This document shows, in pieces, positions 35,281 through 44,973 of a DNA stretch of 64,000 bases. Numbering within the stretch: the first letter of the stretch is position 1; each line of letters begins with the position of its first letter. Location of the stretch: assembly GCA_023248545.1 (NCBI GenBank), contig JAHFEF010000002.1:14908-78907 (forward strand), given 5' to 3'. The DNA comes from Myxococcales bacterium. Lineage in GTDB: Bacteria > Myxococcota > UBA727 > JABDBI01. Under the pieces are notes generated by a model. That model did no database searches. It saw only the letters and a list, made by a program, of their open reading frames with translations, and was not told the DNA's origin. The position numbers and the translations under genes were made by a program.

Positions 35281-35939
35281 GAGAATTTCAGGGTATTAAT
35301 CCAGGTGATTCGATCGGTAATCGCCGTTCGAACAGAGAAGTAAGAATCCCCAGCGATGATGTTGGGAATCATCTGGAAGTTTTTCGAACCAACGAAAATA
35401 CGCCTGATAATCTGGGCAATTCGATCGACATTGCCCCGACACACCAGTTAAGTGGCATTACGCATCGCAAAAAAAGCGACGCAGCGCCGCTGGTCCGCAT
35501 GGGACGGTATTTGGTCGGGGGTGTGAACCCGGCTGTTGCAGGTCTTGCTCACTTGATTCCGGAACCTCCTGCACCCGAAAATCCGGCTTCGCAGTCGGCT
35601 CAGCCGGGTAACCCTGGGAGCGGTGCCGATAAGCGCCTGCGCCGGTTATTCGAATTCGATGACGATGATCGGATAGAATATGTTTTAGCTAGCACGCCTG
35701 AAGAAAAACGCGCTCAGGCCGAGCTGGCTGTGAAAACTATTTTTGAGGCTGGTGAGCTTCCCCTTGAGATCACGGCGACTTTAGGACCATCAGAGACCAG
35801 GCCCAGCGTGTCTGTCTTGGTCAATCACCCGGTTTTCAAAACAGGCGAGCTGCCCCTGGCGGCGTTGAATTTTTTGGTAAACAAGATTGTCAATCGCCTG
35901 CCAAGCGATCGAATTCGGCTGGCTGTGCGTGGAGTCTAG
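35277..35939 (+). CDS. Jag/KhpB-like RNA-binding protein (KH-like segment; R3H region apparently missing); uncertain
   Basis: ATGA overlap with the yidC stop, the canonical yidC-jag synteny. The C-terminal FKTGELPLAALNFLVNKIV resembles the KhpB KH-domain core (IGRRGETLDALQYLVN). The ORF ends before an R3H domain. Confidence 0.35.
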   Translation: MREFQGINPGDSIGNRRSNREVRIPSDDVGNHLEVFRTNENTPDNLGNSIDIAPTHQLSGITHRKKSDAAPLVRMGRYLVGGVNPAVAGLAHLIPEPPAPENPASQSAQPGNPGSGADKRLRRLFEFDDDDRIEYVLASTPEEKRAQAELAVKTIFEAGELPLEITATLGPSETRPSVSVLVNHPVFKTGELPLAALNFLVNKIVNRLPSDRIRLAVRGV

Positions 35940-35945
35940 ATTATT

Positions 35946-36794
35946 TTAGGGAGCAGATTTCTTGTTTTGGGATATTTCTCTGAAAATTTCCTCTTTCAAC
36001 GCTAACTTTTTTCGAGCCTCGTATTCTTCACGCTGAATTGCTTTTCTGCTAGCCGCTTCTTCAGATTTCTGAATTTCCTGAAACTCCGATCCCTCTGTCG
36101 TTTCGACTTCCTTTCGTAGACCCGGTTCCTCACGCGAAAGAGCTTCAACCTGTTTGTTTAACAGCAGAATAAGAGCCTCTCTATGACTTACACCACCATC
36201 GAGACGGAAGAGCGTTCGAAGTGTATTTTGCGCTTGGACCACTTTGCCCTCACCGATGAGTCCACCCTTGTCAAGCATTTCAGCAAGCTGGGTGATGGGT
36301 GCCACAAAGTCCCTCGAAGCATGTTCCGTCTTTGAATCTGTAAAGTATTGAGTCAGCTCTTGTAAGTAATTTTTGGCTGTGCTGGGACCACGAAACCATC
36401 TATGATTCTGGGTTGGCATGGGAATGTTAGACTCAACTGCCTCTCCAATCAACTTTTGCCTCTCTGCAATTGCTTTAAAATCACCACGCCCATCTCTGAT
36501 GCCCTGTGCTGCGCCGCGTAAAAATCCAGCGATCTCAGGAGCAACGGTAACAGTAGCTACCGCCGGGTGCATTGTCATCAAGGCCACAGCGCTTCCTCCA
36601 ACAGTGGTTGCTGCCTGAAGCAGGCGCCCCGTCCTACTGCCTTTGACGTACTTATCCCTTTCCGTGTCAGCTCGCTTGGGGCCCTCTACAACGGCTTTAG
36701 CCACATTCTGAGCGCCAACCAAGGCATCCGGAGTTCCTTTCATATAGGGTAGTATATCACTGGCCTGCCTAAAACTGCAATTCGCACTTTCCAT
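35946..36794 (-). CDS. Hypothetical protein (282 aa)
   Basis: Long ORF with coding-like composition and no recognised motif. Confidence 0.4.
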   Translation of the reverse strand: MESANCSFRQASDILPYMKGTPDALVGAQNVAKAVVEGPKRADTERDKYVKGSRTGRLLQAATTVGGSAVALMTMHPAVATVTVAPEIAGFLRGAAQGIRDGRGDFKAIAERQKLIGEAVESNIPMPTQNHRWFRGPSTAKNYLQELTQYFTDSKTEHASRDFVAPITQLAEMLDKGGLIGEGKVVQAQNTLRTLFRLDGGVSHREALILLLNKQVEALSREEPGLRKEVETTEGSEFQEIQKSEEAASRKAIQREEYEARKKLALKEEIFREISQNKKSAP

Positions 36795-37029
36795 GCCTGC
36801 AAACCGCCTTCTTGGCCTGACAGCTTTTGTCTTTGCTTAGAACTTGCGGGCACATACGATCCCTGCAATTTGGCTCGGGCGTATTTTTCGGCACGGCTTT
36901 GAGCTTGCCGCCTTGCGTGCATTTGCAGCAATTAACGGGCCTTAAGATGCACTCGGTGTCTTTTAAACACTCGGGCTGAGCTGCTAGACTGAGTTGGGCA
37001 TAAAAAAAGAGCCATGCGATTTTAAACAT
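36769..37029 (-). CDS. Secreted Cys-rich hypothetical protein; start uncertain
   Basis: MFKIAWLFFYAQLSLAAQPE is signal-peptide-like, followed by 12 Cys. The ATG (37029-37027) lies inside the 5' arm of a terminator-like hairpin. The alternative GTG start at 37101 overlaps the upstream gene. Confidence 0.35.
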   Translation of the reverse strand: MFKIAWLFFYAQLSLAAQPECLKDTECILRPVNCCKCTQGGKLKAVPKNTPEPNCRDRMCPQVLSKDKSCQAKKAVCRHGKCELQF

Positions 37030-37035
37030 GGCTCT
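37002..37035 (-). terminator. Intrinsic terminator-like hairpin downstream of the 37067..37738 gene
   Basis: Minus strand: AGAGCCATG(37035-37027), loop tttaaaatcg, CATGGCTCT(37016-37008), then a U-run (37007-37002, A-run on plus). Perfect 9 bp stem. Lies 31 nt after the stop at 37067. Confidence 0.5.
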
Positions 37036-37066
37036 AGATCTAATCTTAATGGCTACTGCGATGCAA

Positions 37067-37738
37067 TCAGAAAGAACCAGGTGAAGTGGGGAGATTAGCA
37101 CGTGGCAATTGGAGATCCTGTGCAGCTCGGTTCCACCTTCGGATAGTTGCTAGGTTTTCCTGAAGCAGGCGAGGTAACTCTCTAAGGAGAACTGTCAAAT
37201 CCAGTCGGCGAAAGTCGTGTGCGAACAGAGTGCGCAGAGCCAAAACTTCTTCAGCGCTGATTACATTCCTATTTTCGCGCATATTTTGAACTCCTTCCAG
37301 AAACCGGGCGACTAAGGCGTTAGCGGCTCGTTCTGCGAAGACGGCCGGGTCTTCAACTTCCACGGTCGCATTTTCGGTGCCTGTTGAGGTTTGGCTAGAC
37401 GCCGGTGTCGGACGCGGTGTGCTGGGACCACTTTCGTTTGGAACTGGGCTCAGATTTGGCGACTGATCTATCGGCAATCGTGCTATCTCTGCTTGGAGCC
37501 GCGCCAATTCTGCGACTGGCACACCCTCATTTCGCGCAAAGTGCTGCCGTTCCAACTGGCGAGTTTGGTCGCTCACACCGCTTGTGTCGGCCGATGCAAG
37601 GAGCATGGCTTCGTCGGCAGGGGCAGCTACTGTAGGGACATCGCTCACAGCGGCGGATGTATTGGTGCTTGGTTCGTCATCCTCAGCAGAAATAGATTGA
37701 AAACTTACCAGCAAAGCAATTAAAATTAATTTTCTCAT
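37067..37738 (-). CDS. Secreted hypothetical protein (223 aa, low-complexity Pro/Ser/Thr-rich middle)
   Basis: Signal peptide MRKLILIALLVSFQSISA, followed by a terminator hairpin. Confidence 0.5.
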   Translation of the reverse strand: MRKLILIALLVSFQSISAEDDEPSTNTSAAVSDVPTVAAPADEAMLLASADTSGVSDQTRQLERQHFARNEGVPVAELARLQAEIARLPIDQSPNLSPVPNESGPSTPRPTPASSQTSTGTENATVEVEDPAVFAERAANALVARFLEGVQNMRENRNVISAEEVLALRTLFAHDFRRLDLTVLLRELPRLLQENLATIRRWNRAAQDLQLPRANLPTSPGSF

Positions 37739-37856
37739 AATATTTTTTAAGACTGTTAAATTTGCATCCTAAAATTAATTTCAAAAACAATCAAATTAAT
37801 TGTTTTTATTGGATTAACTGGTTGATTTTTGAAGCAAAACCCCTTAGAGCGCCCCT

Positions 37857-39260
37857 ATGGAAATCAGAGTTCGTATTGGTCCATCTCCTACGGGTGACCC
37901 ACATGTGGGCACCGGTTATGTGTCATTGTTTAACTACGCTTTCGCCAAACAACAGGGCGGCAAGTTTATTTTACGCATCGAAGACACCGACCAAAAGCGT
38001 TCTAGCCTTGAAAGCGAACAGGCTATTTTAAACTCGCTCAAATGGCTCGGGATCAACTGGGATGAAGGGCCAGATATCGGCGGCCCCTGTGGGCCCTACA
38101 GGCAGAGCGAACGCCTGGATATTTACAAGAAGCACATAGACATGCTGTTGGCCAGCGGCCATGCCTACTGGTGTACTTGTACAGCCGAACGCCTGGCTGA
38201 AGTGAGAAAGCGCCAACTGGCCCTCAAACAACCCACGGGCTACGATGGCCACTGTCGGGAGCTCAATCATACTTCAGGGGTTATACGGCTCAAAACACCC
38301 AGAGAAGGCCAGACGGTGTTTCACGATGCCCTGCGCGGTGAAATCAAGATCGAAAACTCTGAAGTAGATGACCAAGTTTTATTCAAAAGCGATGGCTTTC
38401 CAACGTATCATCTAGCCAATGTCGTCGATGACCACCTGATGCGCATCACACATGTAATTCGCGGCGAAGAGTGGATTAGCTCAACGCCTAAGCATGTGCT
38501 TTTATATCGCTTTTTTGGCTGGAAGCCCCCTGAGTTTGCGCATTTGCCTCTGCTTCGAAACGCCGATAAAAGCAAGGTCTCAAAGCGTAAGAACCCGGTT
38601 TCATTGGATTATTTTCGAGAAGCCGGCTATTTGCCCGATGCACTCTTGAACTTTCTAGGCCTCATGGCATTTTCTTTTGAAGATGGCACCGAAGTTTTTT
38701 CGCTTCAAGATTTTGTGAAAAATTTCAAGTTGGAGCGCGTGTCTTTGGGCGGCCCAGTATTTGACTTGAAAAAGCTACTGTGGCTGAACGGGCGTTATTT
38801 GCGTGAAAAACGCACCGATTCCCAAGTGGTCAGTTATTTACAAGACCAGCTCTTTTCGACCGAATACATGAGCCGAATTATTCCCCTGGTCAAAGAACGC
38901 GTTGAAAAGTCTGAAGACTTTATCGAATATGCAGATTTCTTTTTCAAAGGCAGCGTCCTGGTTGACCCAGAAAACTATTTGATTAAAGGCATCGACGATA
39001 AGAAAAAGCTTATAGAACTTTATGAGCTTTTGATCGAAAGACTCGAAAATCTAAGGCCTTTTGATGTTCCAAATCTAGAAACTGCTTTAAGAACTTTTTG
39101 CGAAGAACAGCAAATCAAGAGCAAAGACCTGTTTATGCCCGTACGCATGATGGCTACCGGTAAAAAAGCCACACCGCCCTTGTTTGATACCCTGGCTGTG
39201 CTAGGACGTGAACGCTGCAGAACCCGATTTAGAGCTGCTTTAGGAGAACTCAAAAAATGA
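37857..39260 (+). CDS. gltX: Glutamyl-tRNA synthetase
   Basis: 467 aa. HIGH region ([11 protein letters not shown]), KMSKS (KVSKRK), anticodon-binding C-terminal domain. Confidence 0.9.
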   Translation: MEIRVRIGPSPTGDPHVGTGYVSLFNYAFAKQQGGKFILRIEDTDQKRSSLESEQAILNSLKWLGINWDEGPDIGGPCGPYRQSERLDIYKKHIDMLLASGHAYWCTCTAERLAEVRKRQLALKQPTGYDGHCRELNHTSGVIRLKTPREGQTVFHDALRGEIKIENSEVDDQVLFKSDGFPTYHLANVVDDHLMRITHVIRGEEWISSTPKHVLLYRFFGWKPPEFAHLPLLRNADKSKVSKRKNPVSLDYFREAGYLPDALLNFLGLMAFSFEDGTEVFSLQDFVKNFKLERVSLGGPVFDLKKLLWLNGRYLREKRTDSQVVSYLQDQLFSTEYMSRIIPLVKERVEKSEDFIEYADFFFKGSVLVDPENYLIKGIDDKKKLIELYELLIERLENLRPFDVPNLETALRTFCEEQQIKSKDLFMPVRMMATGKKATPPLFDTLAVLGRERCRTRFRAALGELKK

Positions 39261-39673
39261 TACAAAGAACCTTTTCGATAATTAAACCCGACGGTGTTAA
39301 GCGTAACTTGATTGGCAAAATTATTGCGCGATTTGAACAAGAAGGCCTTCGGGTGGTCGCCGCCCAAATGAAGCGCTTGAGCCTTCATGAAGCTCAGGGC
39401 TTTTATGCCGTTCATAAAGACAGGCCGTTTTTTGGCGAATTGGTCGAGTCCATGACCTCAGGGCCTGTTCTATTAATGGTTTTGGAAGGCGAAAATGCGA
39501 TTTTAAAAAACCGTGAGATCATGGGAGCCACTAACCCAGCGCAGGCAGCTGAAAATACGATTAGAAAGCTCTATGCCCTGTCGATTGGCGAAAATACAGT
39601 TCATGGCTCGGATGCCCCTGAAACAGCGGCCTTTGAAATCGCCTGGTTTTTTGCTCAGAGTCAGGTTAAATGA
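39257..39673 (+). CDS. ndk: Nucleoside diphosphate kinase
   Basis: 138 aa. [17 protein letters not shown] with the active-site His. Confidence 0.9.
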   Translation: MIQRTFSIIKPDGVKRNLIGKIIARFEQEGLRVVAAQMKRLSLHEAQGFYAVHKDRPFFGELVESMTSGPVLLMVLEGENAILKNREIMGATNPAQAAENTIRKLYALSIGENTVHGSDAPETAAFEIAWFFAQSQVK

Positions 39674-39686
39674 TATAATATGGTAA

Positions 39687-40178
39687 ATGAGTCGGAAGCT
39701 TGTATTATTATCTTTTCTTGTTTCATTGATCGCGTTAGCGATGGCTGATGTGTTGCCACAAGGGTCTCAAACGGAGGCCCAGTTTCTGCAACATGGTCAG
39801 AAATTGACCCAGCAATATGACTATGCAGCTGCTTTGAAAATTTTGAATTTAGGCTTGACGCAGTACCCTAAGAGTGCAGTTTTGATTGCTGAGTTTAAGA
39901 AAGATTCGGAACTCTATATTCTTCACGAGATTTCCCAGGGTTATCAGAGTATTGACAAAAACATACATGATGTAAGTGCCTATATTCGGGTTTCGAACGC
40001 TTGGTTTTTGGCCAACGAAACGTTCAAGGCGTTTGAAGTATTGCTGGATGGTACTGCTGAGAATCAGACGTCAGCATCCCTGTGGGTGGCAATCGGGAAC
40101 TTAGAAGAGCTTTCGGGCAGGCCTGCTGAGGCCCATGCGGCCTTTGAAGAAGCTAAACGGTATGAATCTGTTAACTGA
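39687..40178 (+). CDS. Secreted TPR-like hypothetical protein
   Basis: 163 aa. Signal peptide, then helical repeats. Confidence 0.4.
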   Translation: MSRKLVLLSFLVSLIALAMADVLPQGSQTEAQFLQHGQKLTQQYDYAAALKILNLGLTQYPKSAVLIAEFKKDSELYILHEISQGYQSIDKNIHDVSAYIRVSNAWFLANETFKAFEVLLDGTAENQTSASLWVAIGNLEELSGRPAEAHAAFEEAKRYESVN

Positions 40179-40683
40179 CCCTTGGCTGCACCTGGTCTTA
40201 GACCGCCCCCGAATTATCGCCAATATTGCTTCTATTGTTCGACTCTGTGCCGGTACAGAAGTTACGTTGCATATTTGTGGGCCCTTGGTGTTTGAACAAA
40301 ACGACAAAACCAAATGGCGTGCCGGATTAGATTATTTTGAAGGCGCCCGTGTACACTTTCACCAAAGCCTAGAACGTTGTTTGAAGCTGCTCAGCAAAGA
40401 GCCGTGGCTGATTGAAGTCGGCGGTTCTAAAACGCCTTGGGAGGCCCGTATTCAGCTGGGGAACGTATTGATCTTAGGCCCCGAGACAGCCAGCATCGAA
40501 GAGTCCGTGCGCAAGCAATACCCAGAACGCATTTTAACTTTGCCTCAACCGGGTCCCGTTAGGTCTTTGAATCTGGCTCAGTGTGCGGCGGTGAGTGTTT
40601 TTGAAGCGATGCGTCAAACTGCTTGGCCAGCGAGCAAAAGATTTCAGGTTGCACCAGGCCCCACTCGTGATAGCCGCCACTAA
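40162..40683 (+). CDS. trmL: tRNA (cytidine/uridine-2'-O)-methyltransferase TrmL (SpoU family)
   Basis: LHLVLDRPRIIANIASIVRLCAGTEVTLHICGPLVFE and LILGPETASI match the TrmL consensus. Start moved from the ORF-track 40135 to MNLLTD at 40162. Confidence 0.75.
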   Translation: MNLLTDPWLHLVLDRPRIIANIASIVRLCAGTEVTLHICGPLVFEQNDKTKWRAGLDYFEGARVHFHQSLERCLKLLSKEPWLIEVGGSKTPWEARIQLGNVLILGPETASIEESVRKQYPERILTLPQPGPVRSLNLAQCAAVSVFEAMRQTAWPASKRFQVAPGPTRDSRH

Positions 40684-41341
40684 TGGTCGCTACTTTGGCT
40701 TTGGGTATGAGAGCCGCCATTTCATAGGCAAATTGAATCGGTAGCATTTTGTCGCAATCGCCCCAAGCCAACAAAACCGGTGCCCGGATTTTGGGCAATA
40801 ACGGTCTAATATCATGTTTAACAGGTACAGAAACAGACCGTGTGAGGCTTTTGAAATGCTTTGCGCCATTCACGACAAACGCTTGCCAAATATGCCTGTC
40901 AAATCCCTGCGCCCAAAGTTCTTGCAGTCGGTTGATCGCTGAAGGCTGGCCATCCCGCATGGGGATGCCCGCGCTGTTCATGAGCGCCACACTGCTGACT
41001 TTGTCTGGAAATAAAGCGGCTGTTGCCAGCGCAATGCCCCCACCCATAGATTGGCCCACCAAGTGAACTTTAGGGAGTTTGAGCGCTTCCAAAAAATCGC
41101 TCACAAATTGAGCATAGGCTTCGTAGCCCCAGAAATAGGGTTCGCTCGATTGGCCAAACCCAGGTAGGTCGATGGCTATCACTGGATAATCTGCTGAGAG
41201 CGCTACTAAAAGTTTTTCGAAGGCTTCGATCCGAAGGCCCCAGCCGTGTAAAAAAAGACGTGTTTGTGAGGGATCCTTATCTTGCCTTAAGTAGACATAA
41301 GCAATTTCAAGGTTTCTAATCTTCAGCTGACTTTTCAACAA
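40559..41341 (-). CDS. Alpha/beta-fold hydrolase
   Basis: 260 aa. Nucleophile elbow GQSMGGG, HGWG oxyanion-hole region, C-terminal His in GGYHEWG. Confidence 0.75.
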   Translation of the reverse strand: MLKSQLKIRNLEIAYVYLRQDKDPSQTRLFLHGWGLRIEAFEKLLVALSADYPVIAIDLPGFGQSSEPYFWGYEAYAQFVSDFLEALKLPKVHLVGQSMGGGIALATAALFPDKVSSVALMNSAGIPMRDGQPSAINRLQELWAQGFDRHIWQAFVVNGAKHFKSLTRSVSVPVKHDIRPLLPKIRAPVLLAWGDCDKMLPIQFAYEMAALIPKAKVATISGGYHEWGLVQPEIFCSLAKQFDASLQKHSPPHTEPDSKT

Positions 41342-42122
41342 AAATGGCTCCGTCTTCTAAACGATAAGCGCTTAAGGCTTCCCCCCACACACAACCTGAA
41401 TCAAGAGCGATGCAGTTTGCAAAAGCTCTTAAACCCAACGCAGACCAATGTCCAAACAAAATCGTGTGGCTCAAAGACCGCCGGTCTTTGATCGAATACC
41501 AGGGTTTGAAACCTTTTGGCGCATTTTCTGGCTTGCCCGTATAACCATAGCGCAATTGGTTTGCGCTCACGCACATTCGCATGTGCACAAACGCGTGCAA
41601 CGCGAGGGCATTTCGCTCGAAGCTTCTGAGCTGATCACTCCATCGATCTTCTTGGTGTGCGTAGGTGTAGGCTAAGAAATCTGTGATCTCATGGCTTCGT
41701 AAGATTTTCTGGATCGCCCGAGCTTCTTTTTGGGCTTTTGGAACTGTCCAACTTGGAACGAGGCCAGCATGAACAAGAACGTGTTTTTTTTCGACATGCA
41801 TGAGTGGCCAATGTCGGATCCAATGAACCAAATCTTGTCGGTCTTTGGCTTTTAAAATGGGATCCAGGTACCGAGTATCTTCACGGTGTAAAACACCCAG
41901 GTCTAGGGCGAGCAGAAAAATTTCGTGGTTGCCTAGAACGCAAATTGCCCGATCGCCTAGGCCTCGTACATAACGCAAAACTTCGAGTGATTTTGGGCCC
42001 CGGTTAATCAAATCGCCGGCGATCCACAGACGGTCCTTGCTGGGATCGAACTCACACCGTGTAAGGAGGCGCCTGAAAGTTTTATAGCAGCCTTGGATAT
42101 CGCCAATGGCGTAAGTGGACAT
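41316..42122 (-). CDS. apaH: Bis(5'-nucleosyl)-tetraphosphatase, symmetrical (ApaH)
   Basis: 268 aa. MSTYAIGDIQGCY...GDLINRGP...GNHE metallophosphatase motifs. Confidence 0.85.
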   Translation of the reverse strand: MSTYAIGDIQGCYKTFRRLLTRCEFDPSKDRLWIAGDLINRGPKSLEVLRYVRGLGDRAICVLGNHEIFLLALDLGVLHREDTRYLDPILKAKDRQDLVHWIRHWPLMHVEKKHVLVHAGLVPSWTVPKAQKEARAIQKILRSHEITDFLAYTYAHQEDRWSDQLRSFERNALALHAFVHMRMCVSANQLRYGYTGKPENAPKGFKPWYSIKDRRSLSHTILFGHWSALGLRAFANCIALDSGCVWGEALSAYRLEDGAIFVEKSAED

Positions 42123-42161
42123 GAATAACCTCCTGGCACATTAGCCAAAAATACCTGAAAG

Positions 42162-43574
42162 ATGCTACCACAAGACAGCATGAAATTCTCGTCGTCATCT
42201 AAAAATCCTGAAGCTGAAAAACTGGATCTCGTGATTTATGGAGTCTTTGACAGCGACCAGATAGATAAAAAAGCCGCCTCAGAAGGCTTCAAAGCCAAAG
42301 CTGGGCAGATTTATTACGACCATTCAAAAGCCCTGCTTGGCCTCGGTGAGAAAGCCAAAGCCACGCCAGATATTTATCGCAAAGCGGGCGCTTTAGCCTA
42401 TAAGCTTGCCCAAGACAAACAGGCGGCCAAAGTGGGTCTAGAGCTACCCGCCAACGCTTCTATGAAAGCTGCTTGCGAAGGCGCAGCCATCGCGCCGTAC
42501 AAGTTTGACAAATATGTGACGGAGAAAACAGAGCTTTACGTCAAAGAGTTTGTGCTGTTTACTCAGGATAAAAGTGCCTCCAAAGACATCGCTGAGGCTC
42601 AAATCATTGCGAAGGCCGTGAAGCTTGCTCGGGACTTGATTAACGAAGGTCCCACGGTCATGAACCCCGAAGAGATGGCCAACGTTGCCCAAAGGCAGGC
42701 CAAAGCAACCCGTCTTGAAGTGAAAGTTCTCGATGAGAAAGCATTGACTCAAGAAAAATTTGGCTTGTTGCTGGCTGTGGGACGGGGCTCGGCAGACTAT
42801 GCGCCACCACGTGTGATTAAGCTCACTTATAGGCCAGCCAAAAAAGCCAAGAAGCACATCGCTCTCGTGGGTAAAGGCGTGACTTTTGACTCGGGAGGCC
42901 TCGATATTAAACCATCAGACGGCATGCTGCACATGAAGACCGATATGTCCGGTGCCGCCGCAGTCATGGGCGTGATGCAAGCGATTGCGCAATTAAAGCC
43001 AGATATTGCTGTGACTGGTTATATGGCTTGTGTCGAAAATGGCGTTGACTCTAAGTCCTATCACCCCGGGGATATTTTGATTTCCCGGAAAGGCTTGAGC
43101 GTCGAGATCAACAACACCGACGCTGAAGGTCGCTTGGTTTTAGCAGACACGCTGAATTATGCCCAAGAAAAAGACAAGCCAGATATTATCATAGACATCG
43201 CAACGTTGACAGGCGCCTGTGCAATTGCACTGGGACCCAACATGGCTGCTGTGTTTTCTAACGAAGACGGCTTGAGTGACAAGATTCTCGGGGCATCTCG
43301 ATATACAGGCGAGCAATTTTGGAGAATGCCACTCTCTGACGATCTGTTTGACCAACTCAAGACACCGATTGCAGATATGAAAAACACGGGTGAACGCTAT
43401 GGAGGGTCTATAACGGCCGCTTTGTTCTTGCAAAAATTTATTGAGCCAAAGACTGCTTGGGCGCATTTGGACATAGCCGGGCCCGCTAGAAACGACAAAG
43501 AGCAGGCTTATGTCAGTGCCGGAGGCACTGGTTTTGCAGTCCGGACGCTGATTGAACTGCTCATGGGCTATTGA
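42162..43574 (+). CDS. pepA: Leucyl aminopeptidase (M17)
   Basis: 470 aa: VGKGVTFDSGG, NTDAEGRL, MKTDMSGAAAV. Confidence 0.85.
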   Translation: MLPQDSMKFSSSSKNPEAEKLDLVIYGVFDSDQIDKKAASEGFKAKAGQIYYDHSKALLGLGEKAKATPDIYRKAGALAYKLAQDKQAAKVGLELPANASMKAACEGAAIAPYKFDKYVTEKTELYVKEFVLFTQDKSASKDIAEAQIIAKAVKLARDLINEGPTVMNPEEMANVAQRQAKATRLEVKVLDEKALTQEKFGLLLAVGRGSADYAPPRVIKLTYRPAKKAKKHIALVGKGVTFDSGGLDIKPSDGMLHMKTDMSGAAAVMGVMQAIAQLKPDIAVTGYMACVENGVDSKSYHPGDILISRKGLSVEINNTDAEGRLVLADTLNYAQEKDKPDIIIDIATLTGACAIALGPNMAAVFSNEDGLSDKILGASRYTGEQFWRMPLSDDLFDQLKTPIADMKNTGERYGGSITAALFLQKFIEPKTAWAHLDIAGPARNDKEQAYVSAGGTGFAVRTLIELLMGY

Positions 43575-43608
43575 CGCATGCGTCTAAAATGGCCATACAG
43601 ACGCATCC
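43573..43608 (+). promoter_or_regulatory. Rho leader with overlapping palindromes (possible regulatory structure)
   Basis: Perfect 12 bp palindrome GACGCATGCGTC (43573-43584). Alternative 8 bp inverted repeat ATGCGTCT(43578-85)/AGACGCAT(43599-606) ending 3 nt before the rho ATG. Confidence 0.3.
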
Positions 43609-44973
43609 ATGAGCGAAATCAAACGTAAGTCTCGCCCCCATCATAACAATAATAACAGACCCGAAAGACAGCAAGAGCGCTCGGTTCCTGTTGTGCTGCC
43701 TGATATTAACCCCGATGTGGAGCCTATGAATCTTTCCGAACTAAAACATGCCAAAATCGAAGACCTGCAAGCCAGGGCGACTCAAATCGGCGTTGATTTT
43801 GATGCTTTGTTGCGAAAACAAGACATGGTGTTTGCGCTGCTCAAGTGGCAGGCCAGTAACAATGGCGCTATTTTCGGTGAGGGAACGCTTGAGACTTTTC
43901 CGGAAGGCTATGGGTTTTTGCGTGAGCCGGTTTACAACTATGAGCCGTCTGCCGATGATATTTATGTCGCGCCGTCGCAGATTCGGGCTTATGGGTTGAG
44001 GACCGGTGATACTGTGCGAGGCCAAATTAGGCCGCCCACAGAGAAAGAACGTTATTATTCGCTGCTAAAATTAGATACAATTAATGGCATCACCCATTCC
44101 GAACATCGCAACAAAATTTCTTTTGATAATTTGACGCCGCTGTACCCCAATCAGCGATTTAAGCTTGAAAGCCTGCCGACCAATTATTCGACTCGAATTA
44201 TTGATCTATTTTGCCCCATCGGTAAGGGCCAGCGAGCATTGATTGTCTCGCCCCCAAGAGCCGGCAAGACTGTTTTAATGCAAGATATTGCCAATGCGAT
44301 TACGGCCAATCACCCAGAAGTGACTTTGTTGGTTTTGTTAATCGACGAGCGCCCCGAAGAAGTGACCGATATGCGTCGGCACATTAAAGGTGAAGTGATC
44401 GCGTCGACATTTGATGAGCCACCTCAGCGACACGTGCAAGTGGCAGAGATGACCATCGAAAAAGCCAAGCGTCTGGTGGAGATGAAAAAAGACGTGGTGA
44501 TTTTGCTCGATAATATTACGCGTTTGGGTCGGGCGTATAACACGCTGGTACCGCCCAGCGGCAAGATTTTATCGGGTGGCGTGGACTCGAACGCACTGCA
44601 TAAACCCAAGCGTTTCTTTGGGGCTGCCCGTAACATCGAAGAAGGCGGTTCTCTGACAATTATCAGTACGGCACTGATAGACACAGGCAGCCGTATGGAC
44701 GAAGTGATTTTCGAAGAATTTAAAGGCACCGGTAACTCGGAAATTGTCTTGGATCGAAAGCTCATGGAAAAGCGTATCTTCCCCTGTATGGACATCAACA
44801 AGTCTGGAACTCGAAAAGAAGAGCATTTGCTGGACAAAGACGTCTTGAATCGTGTCTGGGTGCTCCGCCAGTTATTACACCCCCTCAATGTAATTGACTC
44901 CATGGAGTTTCTGTTAAGCCGCATGAAAGGCTCTAAGACCAACGCCGAGTTTATTGCGTCGATGAGTAACTGA
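43609..44973 (+). CDS. rho: Transcription termination factor Rho
   Basis: 454 aa. N-terminal extension rich in N/R, OB-fold RNA-binding domain, Walker [19 protein letters not shown]- and R-loops. Confidence 0.9.
   Translation: MSEIKRKSRPHHNNNNRPERQQERSVPVVLPDINPDVEPMNLSELKHAKIEDLQARATQIGVDFDALLRKQDMVFALLKWQASNNGAIFGEGTLETFPEGYGFLREPVYNYEPSADDIYVAPSQIRAYGLRTGDTVRGQIRPPTEKERYYSLLKLDTINGITHSEHRNKISFDNLTPLYPNQRFKLESLPTNYSTRIIDLFCPIGKGQRALIVSPPRAGKTVLMQDIANAITANHPEVTLLVLLIDERPEEVTDMRRHIKGEVIASTFDEPPQRHVQVAEMTIEKAKRLVEMKKDVVILLDNITRLGRAYNTLVPPSGKILSGGVDSNALHKPKRFFGAARNIEEGGSLTIISTALIDTGSRMDEVIFEEFKGTGNSEIVLDRKLMEKRIFPCMDINKSGTRKEEHLLDKDVLNRVWVLRQLLHPLNVIDSMEFLLSRMKGSKTNAEFIASMSN

Noticed and set aside
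42444-42857. Minus-strand 137-aa ORF inside pepA
   Set aside because: Antisense to M17 aminopeptidase with intact NTDAEGRL motif.
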